A stretch of DNA of 62,969 bases, the filler included, from Octopus bimaculoides (Eukaryota): NCBI RefSeq assembly GCF_001194135.2. It is 6 parts of 6 records of this genome, joined end to end, with 100 filler letters (N's around TTAATTAATTAA, not from the genome) between each part and the next. Parts side by side here need not be neighbours in the genome. Positions count along the whole stretch, not along the records: positions 1 to 12,482 come from NC_068984.1; positions 12,583 to 36,184 come from NC_068981.1; 4 more parts are not named here. One strand, 5' to 3'. Positions 12,342-25,215 of the stretch are shown here, in pieces. A program made the position numbers and the translations under genes. Position 1 is the first letter of the stretch; each line of letters begins with the position of its first letter. The notes beneath the pieces were generated by a model. That model was not told the DNA's origin. It worked only from the letters and a program-made list of their open reading frames with translations, and did no database searches.

Positions 12342-12482
12342 GTGTATGTAGCTAGTTAGGTGCTGGAGTGTATGTAGCTAGTTAGGTGCTGGAGTGTATG
12401 TAGCGAGTTAGGTGCTGGAGTGTATGTAGCTAGTTAGGTGCTGGAGTGTATGTAGCTAGTTAGGTGCTGGAGTGTATGTAGC
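12342..12482. repeat. 26-bp minisatellite (GTGTATGTAGCTAGTTAGGTGCTGGA)n, at least 5.4 copies, running into a gap
   Basis: Directly visible; one copy has a 1-nt variant (gcgag). Confidence 0.95.
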
Positions 12483-12526
12483 NNNNNNNNNNNNNNNNNN
12501 NNNNNNNNNNNNNNNNNNNNNNNNNN

Positions 12527-12538
12527 TTAATTAATTAA
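12527..12538. other. Assembly spacer TTAATTAATTAA within 100-nt N gaps (also 36229-36240, 44609-44620, 58219-58230, 61168-61179)
   Basis: Identical 12-mer with stops in all six frames, each flanked by 44 N on both sides. Confidence 0.92.
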
Positions 12539-12584
12539 NNNNNNNNNNNNNNNNNNNNNNNNNNNNNNNNNNNNNNNNNNNNCC

Positions 12585-15550
12585 ACTAAAAGTAAGGGAC
12601 GAGACGTTCCCAGGAATACTTCTAGACGTCGAAAGAAGTCCGACCGACCTGTTAAAGGAGGCACATAAACTGCCAGCAGCCGAAAAGCGCCTCCATCGCT
12701 ACCGTCCACATCTAGGACAACCAGTCTACCCTCCGGGTCCGTAAATATCGTCTTTACTTGGAGATCCAGACTCTTGCGAAAAAGAACCGCCGTGCCACTA
12801 CCGCCCATCCTCGGCACACAGGGAGAAAAATAAATGTTAAACTATCCGCCAAACATGGACTTTAGGGCCCGCGGTCCATGGAGACTGGTCTAACTAATGG
12901 CTATTATATCCAAATTGTGTGACTTGATGTCATTTAAGAGGTACCCTTGTTTCCAAGGGGACCCCAAGCCACGCACATTCACACAACCAATCTTCACCAT
13001 GATTCTATTTATACGTGTGCTTTAAAGCACAAAAGGAAAGAAAAAGAGAGCTACTTACTGTTTGCAAGTTTTGTCTCCTCCTTGTGTTTTTCACCAAGGA
13101 GGCTATTATACAATTTTTTGCATAAATATTTCTGGCATCCCCCTACCGCATTAGGGTAGAGGGATTTTATTTTGTGGTACAATGCTGGTGTAATGTGGTA
13201 TATCTTTATGTGTATTGGCGGTGTTGTAAGTGGATGATTGTTTGTTTTAATGTCATTGTTTGTAATGTTTGTTTTTGAGTCGATGTATTTCATCAACTCT
13301 GTGTTGGTAGTGTTTATCGCTCTGAGCATTGTTTTTTTAATATTATTATTGGTGTTGGGAGTATTTTCGGGAGATGTGAATCTCCCTGCTTTGTTTGTGT
13401 TTGCATTTTGTTTTGTTTTCTTCTTACTGCGCTTCCTTTTTCCTTTCGTAGCTATTTGCCATTCCTCCCCACTCTCCTCATCCGACGAGAGTTCTGAGGA
13501 GTCAGAAAGAGGTAACGGTAAACTTTGTGCGTCTATGTGTGTTTCTGTGAGTGTTTGTGTTGCTGTTTTTATTGGTGTTGGCTGCTTGTTATTTGTGTGT
13601 GGTGTATGTGATATGGGGGAGGGAGAGGCAGTCTTGGAATTTTCTTTTTTTTTCTTCTGTTTTTGCAGTTTCTGTTGTCTTTTCTGTTGTGGTTATTGCT
13701 GATATTTCTGTTGTTGTTTTTTGTGTTTAACAGTTTATAAATAATGNNNNNNNNNNNNNNNNNNNNNNNNNNNNNNNNNNNNNNNNNNNNNNNNNNNNNN
13801 NNNNNNNNNNNNNNNNNNNNNNNNNNNNNNNNNNNNNNNNNNNNNNNNNNNNNNNNNNNNNNNNNNNNNNNNNNNNNNNNNNNNNNNNNNNNNNNNNNNN
13901 NNNNNNNNNNNNNNNNNNNNNNNNNNNNNNNNNNNNNNNNNNNNNNNNNNNNNNNNNNNNNNNNNNNNNNNNNNNNNNNNNNNNNNNNNNNNNNNNNNNN
14001 NNNNNNNNNNNNNNNNNNNNNNNNNNNNNNNNNNNNNNNNNNNNNNNNNNNNNNNNNNNNNNNNNNNNNNNNNNNNNNNNNNNNNNNNNNNNNNNNNNNN
14101 NNNNNNNNNNNNNNNNNNNNNNNNNNNNNNNNNNNNNNNNNNNNNNNNNNNNNNNNNNNNNNNNNNNNNNNNNNNNNNNNNNNNNNNNNNNNNNNNNNNN
14201 NNNNNNNNNNNNNNNNNNNNNNNNNNNNNNNNNNNNNNNNNNNNNNNNNNNNNNNNNNNNNNNNNNNNNNNNNNNNNNNNNNNNNNNNNNNNNNNNNNNN
14301 NNNNNNNNNNNNNNNNNNNNNNNNNNNNNNNNNNNNNNNNNNNNNNNNNNNNNNNNNNNNNNNNNNNNNNNNNNNNNNNNNNNNNNNNNNNNNNNNNNNN
14401 NNNNNNNNNNNNNNNNNNNNNNNNNNNNNNNNNNNNNNNNNNNNNNNNNNNNNNNNNNNNNNNNNNNNNNNNNNNNNNNCTCTACGACCGTAATCTCCAA
14501 AATATATGCCTCCTCCATTTCGAGGCATACGGCCGATATTACCCATTGGGTGTCCACTTCTGATGGCACGTTCTTTATAATCACTTTGGTCACTCTCTGT
14601 CCAAGATAACTCGGTATCATCACCAAGTTATTTGTGTGGAGAGAGAGTGTCGAAAATTGCTTCGCTAAATTTTCATTTAGGAAGCGCACCTGTACCGTGG
14701 CAAATTTACGTCCCCACGTGACATGCTCTTGATGAGCTCATAAGGGCCTAAGGCACTTCTCAATCTTTTCTGTGTTAACATTTTCTGAACGTCTGTTTTT
14801 TGTGTTTAACAGTTTATAAATAATGCATTTTTAGTTTTTTTGTTCTATTATTTCTTTGGGTATATTTATTTTAAAATCATCGCCTTCTTTCGTAAGAAGG
14901 GATTTTGTGTTTTTAATTTGTTGTTGTGTGAATGTCACTATTTTCCTTTTTTGTTTTATAGCATCGGCGAAATTTGTTTTTGTTGTGCTAGCGGACATGT
15001 TCTTTGGAATATTTTTGTTTATGTTGGTGTTGATACTGCCGGGTTCAAAGGTGGTGGTAATGGCAGCAGAGTTTGTTGAACAGGTGGTGGTGTCGGTGCT
15101 GACGGCCGATAAATTTGCGTCCTTGCTGTTGTTTTTTTTGTTGTTGTTGTTGGTATTGGTGGTGGCGGAGGTAGCAGTGGTAGTCTTGGTGGTGTTGGTG
15201 GTGGTGACTGCAGTGTCCATGACTTTGTCGGTTGTCGTGTGTGTGCGCGTGCAGTTTTCGTCGTTTTTTGTTTCTCCTAGCGTTTCAAGGCTAGTGAGAT
15301 GCTGGTCCATGAACGACTTTGACCAGCGTTCCATTACAACATTCCTCGACATTTTCCAAAGGTCGAGAAAAAATACACAAGTTTTGTTGGGTTGAAACTG
15401 CCCCTAGGGGCCAATTCCTCCCCTGTAAAAGCACACAGACGAAGTTGTGTGCCTTATACAGACAATGTTCAAAAAATTTTTTGAAAATGTGGGCGAGAAA
15501 AGGTCAATATAAAGGGTTACCTTGCGAACCGATGCGTCAACACGTCAGTC
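12585..15550 (-). mobile_element. L1/Tx1-type non-LTR retrotransposon, 5' portion (5' UTR, ORF1 about 15352-13051, ORF2 endonuclease 13000-12585)
   Basis: ORF2 starts MVKIGCVNVRGLGSPWKQGYLLNDIKSHNLDIIAIS*T...GTAVLFRK...DPEGRLVVLDV...RLLAVYVP...FLGTSRPLLLV (APE endonuclease, two TAG stops). ORF1 has a T/N-rich N-terminus and ...MIPSYLGQRVTKVIIKNVP...; short ORF1-ORF2 spacer; RT not seen (gap). Confidence 0.88.
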
Positions 15551-15558
15551 GATCGATC

Positions 15559-15605
<47 letters not shown>

Positions 15606-17294
15606 GGATAGATAGATAGATAGATAGATAGATAGAAGAATCGCGTTAGAAATATAAAGTTGAAACTTACTTGCAAATGGATGCATGCGTTCGATGATAT
15701 ANNNNNNNNNNTAAAGTTGAAACTTACTTGCAAATGGATGCATGCGTTCGATGATATAATAAATACAAATGATATATAAGCATATGCATGTATACATACA
15801 TATATGTGCATACCTACATCTACATGTATATATAGATGCATATTCGGGTACAGGACGTTAGACAACTGGACGGGAACATAAAAACAAAACGAACTTTGTT
15901 TACAGAAATAGAACGAACACATAGGAAAACAAACAAGCCACTTGGAATTAATCCTTCATCAGCTGCCTCTATTCTAAAACCAGGCAATTTCAAAGAAAAC
16001 AATTCAAATTTTTGAGAGGTCCAAACAAAGAGAAAGAATGATTTCTAATAAAGATTCATCATATTCATAAAAAAAAAACAACCAGAGCAAGTAATTACAG
16101 AAAAAATGAAGAAGAAGATGCTGCATCAAAATTAGATTTAATACGAAATAGGATTCAATACATACGCGCGTTTCAAAGGACAATGCAAATATGTGACAAA
16201 AAATTATAATCATAGTAATTATAATTAAATTTATGCATTTTCATTCTCATCAGTGTGAGAGATTTTTGGAAGGACATCAAAAAAGGTTTAATAAAATAAA
16301 GTAAAGTAAAATACGATACAATAAGGGAGAATACAAAAGGGAAAAAACCAGATAAAAGAGGGAAAATAACAGCAATAATAATAGTGAGAGAGACGATAAA
16401 AAAAGACTGACATATCAACGTGCATGCACATCTATATGTGCAGCAAACTATAACATAAAGATAACAATAAAAACCTTACGGATATGTTTTTAAAAAATTG
16501 TAACAGGTCGAGACGAAGTATAATGTAAACAGGGCCACCTGTGTATAGTAGAATATAACAGCTGCACTAGCAGAAAATAATCATAGAGAGTTATACATAT
16601 ACATATTAATATTGAAAAGTGAATATATACATATATACATACATGCATATATATATATATANNNNNNNNNNNNNNNNNNNNNNNNNNNNNNNNNNNNNNN
16701 NNNNNNNNNNNNNNNNNNNNNNNNNNNNNNNNNNNNNNNNNNNNNNNNNNNNNNNNNNNNNNNNNNNNNNNNNNNNNNNNNNNNNNNNNNNNNNNNNNNN
16801 NNNNNNNNNNNNNNNNNNNNNNNNNNNNNNNNNNNNNNNNNNNNNNNNNNNNNNNNNNNNNNNNNNNNNNNNNNNNNNNNNNNNNNNNNNNNNNNNNNNN
16901 NNNNNNNNNNNNNNNNNNNNNNNNNNNNNNNNNNNNNNNNNNNNNNNNNNNNNNNNNNNNNNNNNNNNNNNNNNNNNNNNNNNNNNNNNNNNNNNNNNNN
17001 NNNNNNNNNNNNNNNNNNNNNNNNNNNNNNNNNNNNNNNNNNNNNNNNNNNNNNNNNNNNNNNNNNNNNNNNNNNNNNNNNNNNNNNNNNNNNNNNNNNN
17101 NNNNNNNNNNNNNNNNNNNNNNNNNNNNNNNNNNNNNNNNNNNNNNNNNNNNNNNNNNNNNNNNNNNNNNNNNNNNNNNNNNNNNNNNNNNNNNNNNNNN
17201 NNNNNNACATATATATATAACGGCCATCTTTCAGTTTCCGTCTACCAAATCCACTCAGAAGGCTGTGGTTGGGAAGCAAGCTAAAGTCCCTTGC

Positions 17295-19350
17295 TTCACT
17301 TTTAAAGAACATAAGGTAAGTTTTTTTAAGTAAACCTACGGCCCGGTTGACATGCCCAACTAAGACGGACCTTAGTAAAATTAGCAAGTCGATTAAGATA
17401 GGAGCATCCCCCACGTGAAAAGAGATGTGGAATTACCCCTCTGGAATAGCACTGAGGATGTAATTTCATGGTTCTGCTCAAGTCAAAATAAGATGAATAC
17501 TTATTTTCTACAATTTGATATTGAAAACTATTATCTGTCTATATCGCCTGACCTGTTAGACTAGGCATTAACATTTGTGCATAAATTAAAAATATCTCAT
17601 CTGCAAAAAGTGATATAATCCTAACGGCTAGGAAAACATTAATCTCGTGCAAGGATAAGTATTGGACTTGTAGTGATTACTGTTTTAGTTGGGATATTTC
17701 TATTGTCTATTATTAAAGAGATATTTCCGAATATTAATGGCGGTTGGTACAGAGATGATGCTTTATTAGTCATAATCGAATCTTCCTTTGCAAAAGGTAG
17801 ATAAGGTTAGGAAACAATTAAGCAGCGTTTTTAAGAAATTTAATTTGAATGTAACCTTTGAAAATATATCTGAGGTAGCGAAATTTTTAGATGTTACCTA
17901 AAATTTAGATAATGGTCTATTCCATCCTTATCTAAAGAGTAATAAGACCATTCGATATATTGTTTCGTCTAATCATCCAAAAAGTGTTATCAATAGCGTT
18001 ATTAATGTGGTGTCATTTAGAATATCGAACATATTTGCCAATGAGCGGATTTTTAACAGGAGTGGATGTGTTGTAATAGCTTGCTCACCAACCATATGGT
18101 TCCGGGTTCAGTCCCACTGCGTTGCAGCCTGGGCAAGCGTCTTCTACTATATCCTCGGGCCGACCAAAGCCTTGTGAGTGGATTTGATAGACGGAAACTG
18201 AAAGAAGACCGCCGTATATATATATGTGTGTGTGTCTGTGTGTGCGTGCGTGTGTTTGTTTGTCTGTGTCTGTCCCCCTAGCAACGCTTGACAGCCGATG
18301 TTGGTGTTTTTGCGTCCCCGTAACTTACCGGTTCGGTCTAATAGACCTATAGAATAAGGACTAGGCTTACAAAGAATAAGTTCTGGTGTTGAGTTGCTCG
18401 ACTAAAGGCCCTGCTCCAGCATGGTCGCAGTCAAATGACTGAAACAAATAAAAGAATAAAAGAATAAGAATATTTATAATTTGGCTCTCATTGATAGTGG
18501 GTTTCAATAAGAAAATAGTGTACATTAGAAATGCATTATTTAGAATTCAGCTGGTTCAAATGTTACCAATCCTAGGTGATCTAAATATAGATGTCTCGTA
18601 CGACATTACATTGATCCTCTTGAACTTAGGATACAATATAGATACAGTAGGAGAAATAAGTATTGAAATTATAATGGCACGTGGGGCCTTAATTTGAAAA
18701 GGGAATCTTGTAAAAAAAACATCACAGAAACGGGACATTATCTGGTTTACTTCCTCCCTCCCTATTTTCCATACTCGTTAAGAACGTTCCTAAGATGTTC
18801 TGCAAATTTCTTGAGAACTTCCCTTTGGTGCATAAGTAGCATTTTATGTTTAATAAATCATCCTTCAAATGTTCCTATTCCACGACGCCGAACTTAGGAT
18901 CGATCTTTGCTAAAAATAATAGATTCAAACTACGAAATAAGGTTGATGGTAATGGTGGTAAAGCGGGACATAATAATAAAATGGATGGTTCCGTGAAAAC
19001 AAATTGTAACTGTCGTTCCCGGTATGCCTGCCCTTTACATAATCAGTGCATACGCAATAATGTAGTGTATAAATGTGATGAAAGAACCTAAAAGAACCTA
19101 AAAAGTGTATATTGGGAGTACCACGGATTTCGAAGTCAGGTATAGAGTGCATATAAATTCGTTCATAAATAAAGAGTTAAAAAATTCGACTACCTCAGCC
19201 ATTTATACTAACAAATTAAAAAATAGCAGTAAAACATACTCCCTAGAATGTTCAATTTAGGCGACTACACACCATATAATACTCACACAAACGTCTGTAA
19301 ATTATGCGTAAGGAAGCTATAAATATATTACTAAGTAATACTTTCTTGTC
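17295..19350 (+). mobile_element. Penelope-like element (RT + GIY-YIG), degenerate, interrupted by a SINE
   Basis: Frameshifted SKPTARLTCPTKTDLSKISK, WNSTEDVISWF, FLQFDIENYYLSIS, GGWYRDD, AKFLDVT*NLDNG, SNHPKSVI, SFKCSYSTTPNL, CNCRSRYACPLHNQC, VYIGSTTDFEVRYRVH. Confidence 0.85.
18058..18468 (+). mobile_element. Full-length tRNA-derived SINE nested in the Penelope-like element
   Basis: Head ggagtgg...ggttccgggttcagtcccactgc, central (TG)n, tail aaataaaagaataaaagaata. Related copies at 34527-34690, 46095-46445 and 17215-17270 (minus). Confidence 0.8.
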
Positions 19351-19414
19351 AGTTCATATGATCTCTGAGGCTTGGATCTTATGCTGATGAAAAAATGCAT
19401 ATGCGTGTGTGTGT

Positions 19415-19453
<39 letters not shown>

Positions 19454-20613
19454 ATTGCGTGTATATGTGTGTGTGTGTGTGGTTGTGTCTGTGTACGTAT
19501 GTGTGTGGTTGAACTTAGTATCACTTCAGGTCATAGGAAGAATTTATAGTAAGAATTTTGGTAGGAGTGGCTGTCTGTTGTGTGTCTCCCTACACACGTG
19601 CGTAGGAGAGACGTGAGCACGCGCAGGAGTTTCTGTGGATGCAAATTGCATGGTTCGATCAACCTTGCTGGCATGAATTCATTTTGTCTGCGAAAGTATT
19701 GGCGGCTACTGATATGCTCTCATTATTAGTCAATGATCGCTTGAACACCGAGTTTAATTCACCTCCTGATTCGTAAATAAAAGCTTAAAACAATATAAAA
19801 CAATGCAAGATTTTAATCTTAATCAGTAATTTATGATTAGATTATTCCTTGTGGAATAATCTGTTATATGATACATGTGTGCGTGTGTGTGTGTGTGTGT
19901 GTGAGATAGAGAGAGAGAGAGAGAGATACATTGGAGCATGGCCTAGTACTTAAGGTGTTACACACACGATCGCGAGACCGTAGTTTCATCTCCTGGGGTG
20001 CATTGTGATCTTGGGCAGGACTTGTCATCTCACGTTCCTCTGCGATATTTTCGATAACTGATGTATGGTACATCCGATGGAGAAAGTGAGCTAATGTACA
20101 GCAACATGCATTTGATCACTACATTTGATCGCTCTAAACAAATCATTTGTGCAGATCGTTCGTCAGGAAATAGCGGGATCGTCTTTCTCGGACTACGAGA
20201 CACTACCATCATCACTAGACACAAACACACACATAAACATGCGTGTGTGTATATGTGTGTGTGTGTATGTATGTGTGTGCGTGCGCACGTGTTCGTATAC
20301 ATGGGGAACAGATTTCCCTCTACACAAGTTTATTTAAACTCGACTCACCTATAAAAACCTCATACGAATAAATGATAACTCTGAAATAAACAAAAAATAA
20401 GAAAGAAACGGGAACATAGTCGTGTTATTAACGATCTATATACATCTAGGTATATTCAAACACACAGACACTAACACGCGCGCACATCAGCACATACATA
20501 TATTGTTAACTAATCGCGATGCAGATATTTTTTTTTTTTTTTTTGCAGTCACATATCCATATCTTATTTCTCTCGTTTATCCTTGAAATATCTCTCTATT
20601 TCCCTCCTTCCGT

Positions 20614-20680
<67 letters not shown>

Positions 20681-21268
20681 TCTCTCTCGCTCTCTCTTTC
20701 TCTCCGTCTCTCTTTCTTCCAGTGTACAGTGTATATCCTTGTGTGTGTGTTTGTGCATGTATATGCTTGTTTGGGTATGTATCTGTGTGTTTATGTTAGT
20801 GTATTTATGTGCGCGCATGTGTGGGTATACGTGTGCGTGTGTATGAGCATCTGTGTGTGTGTGTGTGAATCTGTGTGTGTGCGTCCGTGTGTGTCTGTGC
20901 ATCTGTGTGTGTGTGTATGTGTGTGTGTGTGTGTGTGTGTGCGTGTGCGTACGTATGTATGTGTGGGTGTGTGTGTGTCTTCATATAAATATGCAGATAT
21001 ATAGAGATGTTATTCCAGATATTTTGACCCTGATTATCGCCGATTTTACAGTAATAATTTTTTTTCTTTTTCCTGGGCTGGAATTTGATTTAAGTATATT
21101 GGGTACTATAATTTGGAGCACACCTTGTGTACACTTATGATGAACATAGGCCCTTGCTGAATGTATGCCTGTATATCTATATATGCAAATTATTTCTTGC
21201 ACATAAATCTGTGAAATATCGAAGGCTGCAAAAATTTCAGGCAAAAAATGTATATATACATATATGTA

Positions 21269-21311
<43 letters not shown>

Positions 21312-21591
21312 NNNNNNNNNNNNNNNNNNNNNNNNNNNNNNNNNNNNNNNNNNNNNNNNNNTCCATAATAGATAGCTTGAATGCAAAACGGTATATTGAC
21401 TATTAAAAACTGAAGCAAAGAAGAAAATGATTTATGCTGTGGAATAAGTAAAATAAAATTAGAGAAAATATAATCATATAATAATAATAATAATAATAAT
21501 AAAAATAATAATAATAAAATATATTTATTATTATTATGAAGTACAGTCGACAGAAATAATGAGTTTTTGCAGTTAGGGCGCCAGGTGTTAC

Positions 21592-21662
21592 CCATTGAGT
21601 CAGCTCAAGAATAACTTTTGTCATTTTGAAGGTAAGTAATCTCTTATGTTCATATAACTTTC
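21592..21662 (-). CDS. Candidate small exon (GKLYEHKRLLTFKMTKVILELTQW)
   Basis: Acceptor gtatttcttcccag|GA and donor TGG|gtaaca, phase 1 to 0. A competing plus-strand donor AAG|gtaagt at 21632 makes the strand ambiguous. Confidence 0.22.
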
Positions 21663-21714
21663 CTGGGAAGAAATACTTTGAAATACAGGCACATATATTC
21701 ATACAACACACACA

Positions 21715-21748
<34 letters not shown>

Positions 21749-22571
21749 AATATATTTATGCATTCTATATATGCAGACATCTATATTTGCNNNNNNNNNN
21801 NNNNNNNNNNNNNNNNNNNNNNNNNNNNNNNNNNNNNNNNNNNNNNNNNNNNNNNNNNNNNNNNNNNNNNNNNNNNNNNNNNNNNNNNNNNNNNNNNNNN
21901 NNNNNNNNNNNNNNNNNNNNNNNNNNNNNNNNNNNNNNNNNNNNNNNNNNNNNNNNNNNNNNNNNNNNNNNNNNNNNNNNNNNNNNNNNNNNNATATATA
22001 TATATATATAGTGTGTGTGTGTGTATGGATACAAACATACGTAAGAAAATAAAAAAATACACACACACATTGACAGTAAATATTCAATTGAAATTACAAC
22101 TATCAATAACATACCTTCATTGAGATGAGTTCTATGAAAAATTCCCTCTCTTATAACTTAGCATTGCAGAGCTTCTTAAAAGAGTAAAAGTAATAAAGAA
22201 TTATATAAAGAAATGAATATATAGGGTGGAAGAAATAAATGAAAAGTAAATTATGGTTATAAATTCTTTCCTGATATAAGAAAGCTGTAAACTAATAAAT
22301 TCCAACTGTTCCAAAGATTCATAGAATCTTCATCGCTCCGCAGATGTTACGTTTCATGTTATTTTATATTTAATGAATGAAATTTGAAGATAAATAGACT
22401 TTCAACAGAGTAAAACAGGTTACATATATCCTTAATACCTGGCCTACACGGATACACCTAAAATATAATTTGACCAGTTCTATAGGTATTACCTATGATA
22501 ATATATTCGCAAATATGTCTATGTAATCTATGTGTCTATCTGCATAAATACACACATACGCACACACACAG

Positions 22572-22604
<33 letters not shown>

Positions 22605-22843
22605 CTAGCATATCCACAGTCCTATTTCTGCATACATACATATGGTATACAACACATACGTTGCGTATGAGAATAGTAGTTTTAAAATTCTTCTGTTTCT
22701 CTTTATATATTAAATATAAAGTATATTTACATCAATATATTAATGTCTTCTGTGATTTACTTAAATTGTTCAAGTATCTGTCATTCCTGGAATAACTAAA
22801 ACGAAATAGCCATTTCATGAAAACATATGTGCAAACGTACAAT

Positions 22844-22893
<50 letters not shown>

Positions 22894-23165
22894 NNNNNNN
22901 NNNATTAGAGATAGATAGATAGATAGACAGATAGATAGATAGATAGACAGATAGATAGATAGATAGACAGATAGATAGATATATTATGCATACCTATATT
23001 GTGTGCATGTAATGTGTATATATGGCTACACATTTACATAACTACAACCACACGTATATGTTTGCACATATATATGTACACACACTCACACACACACGCA
23101 GACACAGATAAACACACACACACACACACACACACACATTCTGGTATATTCGTTTTCTTTGTTTT

Positions 23166-23700
23166 TCAATATGGGTTACCAACGCTATAAATTGCTGGCC
23201 CTTTCGTCTGCTGGTTCCTATCATATCCGTTAATATTCTCTGAATTTGGAAGCATTGGAACCAAGCCCATATGAAATCCGGTGGTATTGATTACGCTTCC
23301 TATAAAGATATCAAGGATGTTTTCCCCTTTAATTTCACTGCAACTTGTGATGCTGCTAGCTTGAATTACCCAGGCCACGTAAAACTTGGCTAACCCAGTT
23401 ATTGAATTCCATATCCAGTAGATGACAAACGTACCACTCTTTACCACTTAACCAATACACGCTATACCTATCCGTAGGATAATTATTTCGTAGAAAAATT
23501 CGTTTCAAAACTCCTGTGTGGATCACAGGTTCAATGTTCTTTAAAGATCCGCATATGTTTTTCATATTTATGCTAGATTTAGTAAGGAAATTATCAAAAT
23601 CTTGCATATGCGCCGATACTGTCAGATATTTATTCTTTCAGTATTTTCTCCCTTCTATCCTTCAGAAATATTTCCGCCAGTATTGGTAACTTCGGAACAT
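23166..23700 (-). pseudogene. Decayed or frameshifted coding-like segment of unknown family
   Basis: Two overlapping protein-like frames: QDFDNFLTKSSINMKNICGSLKNIEPVIHTGVLKRIFLRNNYPTDRYSVYWLSGKEWYVCHLLDMEFNNW... and ...SSITSCSEIKGENILDIFIGSVINTTGFHMGLVPMLPNSENINGYDRN...GNPY*. Unique sequence bounded by microsatellites. Confidence 0.4.
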
Positions 23701-24113
23701 TCCTCTATAAAGTTACATGAAGCATCAAGATTTTAGGATGTCTCACTACCCGTATTTTTATGAAGCATCTGGTCTCACTTTTATAATCGCCACAATATTT
23801 GTATGACATGGAATAAATATAGATCATGATCATGTTCCTTTCGGATAGGAGTTTTTAAATTTTAATTTGTATTATTATTGTTTTTATTATCAATATTATC
23901 AGTAGTGATCCACCTTAAGGATTTCAGTTTTAAATTAAAGGTGTTACGATAATTCCTTAGCTGAGAGTGTTTGACATCAGTGATAGGCATATCTACACAG
24001 ACACGTATACATAAACACGTAAACATTTACAACCACACATACAGTGAAAACAAACACACAAGCACTCACGTGCATATACACGCATATATGTGTGTGTGAG
24101 CGAGTGTGTGTGT

Positions 24114-24161
<48 letters not shown>

Positions 24162-24386
24162 TTGTGTGTATACACACGTCGATTTCATTCTAAATTGCAT
24201 GCGTGTATTCCCTTATATCTGAAGGGAAAACGTGAGAACTCGGATTACAGCTCATCTATCATTTGATTTGAATAATTTAAAATTCTACAAACAATCTATC
24301 CTGTTTTATTTATATACATGTCGTCCGTGATTTACTCGTTTGTGGTTTTCAGTGAGATGATACATAGCCTTCATCACGGTTTGCCT

Positions 24387-24686
24387 TCAGTTATTTGCAT
24401 GTAGTCCATCAATAATCTGGTTGGATTCCACAGTTCGGCGTGTTTCAGAGTATATAGGATCAAAACTAAAGATATGCTTGTAGTAATTAGTAAACAAACT
24501 TTTCGATTTTATTCTGTTTTCTATATATTGTCTCTGATATAAGCAATTGCGGATTCCAAGGAATGGTACGTGTACTATAGTACGAGTCTCTCTTGTGGCT
24601 TTCCGTATTATATACCGGGATATAAAGAGTTCTGTTACGTTACCAGTGATCGCAACGCTTTTATCAGTCAGGTATGTTTTGTATCC
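24387..24686 (-). CDS. Candidate coding exon, 99 codons, unknown family
   Basis: Acceptor cattttgcattgtcaaatcttcag|GGA (phase 0); open GYKTYLTDKSVAITGNVTELFISRYIIRKATRETRTIVHVPFLGIRNCLYQRQYIE...DGLHANN* in otherwise stop-rich AT-rich DNA. Confidence 0.45.
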   Translation of the reverse strand, partial: GYKTYLTDKSVAITGNVTELFISRYIIRKATRETRTIVHVPFLGIRNCLYQRQYIENRIKSKSLFTNYYKHIFSFDPIYSETRRTVESNQIIDGLHANN

Positions 24687-24829
24687 CTGAAGATTTGACA
24701 ATGCAAAATGATAGATTTAGGTAGATTTAGAACTGTTTCAGTCAAAATTGGCTCTGGCCATTGTGTGATTTTCTAGTACCCCTTGATAAATCACTTTTAT
24801 GTCAAGTTTTGTGATATTATAACTCATTT

Positions 24830-25215
24830 AAGAATAGAGTTGTTGTTGATTGAGATGTAACTATGTATAGCTGGTTCCTCTTATATCCCTTAAAGAAATT
24901 TATCTCGATATTGTCTGAAGGTCGCGGGATCTTTATCTGGTTAATTTTAAGAGTAGGATTATGTGATCGACCACATCGAAGACTTTGCTGAAGTGCAGGT
25001 ATATAATATCTGAAGTGCTTAAGTGCAGGTATATAATATTACTTTTTGACCAATGCTAGCTGGAATTTAGGTGATAATTACCCTGCAAGACGCCAGTTAT
25101 TCTCGATCTCACAACTATTTTAAACACTTTAAGGATATGAGACGTGAGTAATACTCGATGATAGTTCACTGTACGTAACTTCTTTCCTATCCTGAAGAAC
25201 CGGATGAGAAATTTG
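24830..25215 (-). mobile_element. Non-LTR RT fragment (CR1/L2/Jockey-like)
   Basis: Degenerate YRVLLTSHILK and IIYLHFSKVFDVVDHIILLLKL; contains a short duplication of aagtgcaggtatataatat. Confidence 0.7.

Noticed and set aside
12527-12538. Recurrent palindrome TTAATTAATTAA (five copies)
   Set aside because: Always centred in 44N+12+44N blocks: an assembly spacer, not biology. Order and distance across these joins are inferred, not sequenced.
13718-13746. 29-bp identity with 14797-14825 inside LINE ORF1 (IIYKLLNTKN twice)
   Set aside because: Abuts a gap edge, so it is more likely a mis-extended contig than a real internal repeat; unresolved without reads.
15646-15758. 47-bp direct repeat around a 10-N gap
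   Set aside because: Overlapping contig ends duplicated by the assembler.
24387-24686. TIR-domain, GT92 or GT10 identity for this exon
   Set aside because: Only loose motif echoes (RTIVHV, NCLY, YK.YL...VTE); key conserved residues are missing, so no family is assigned.
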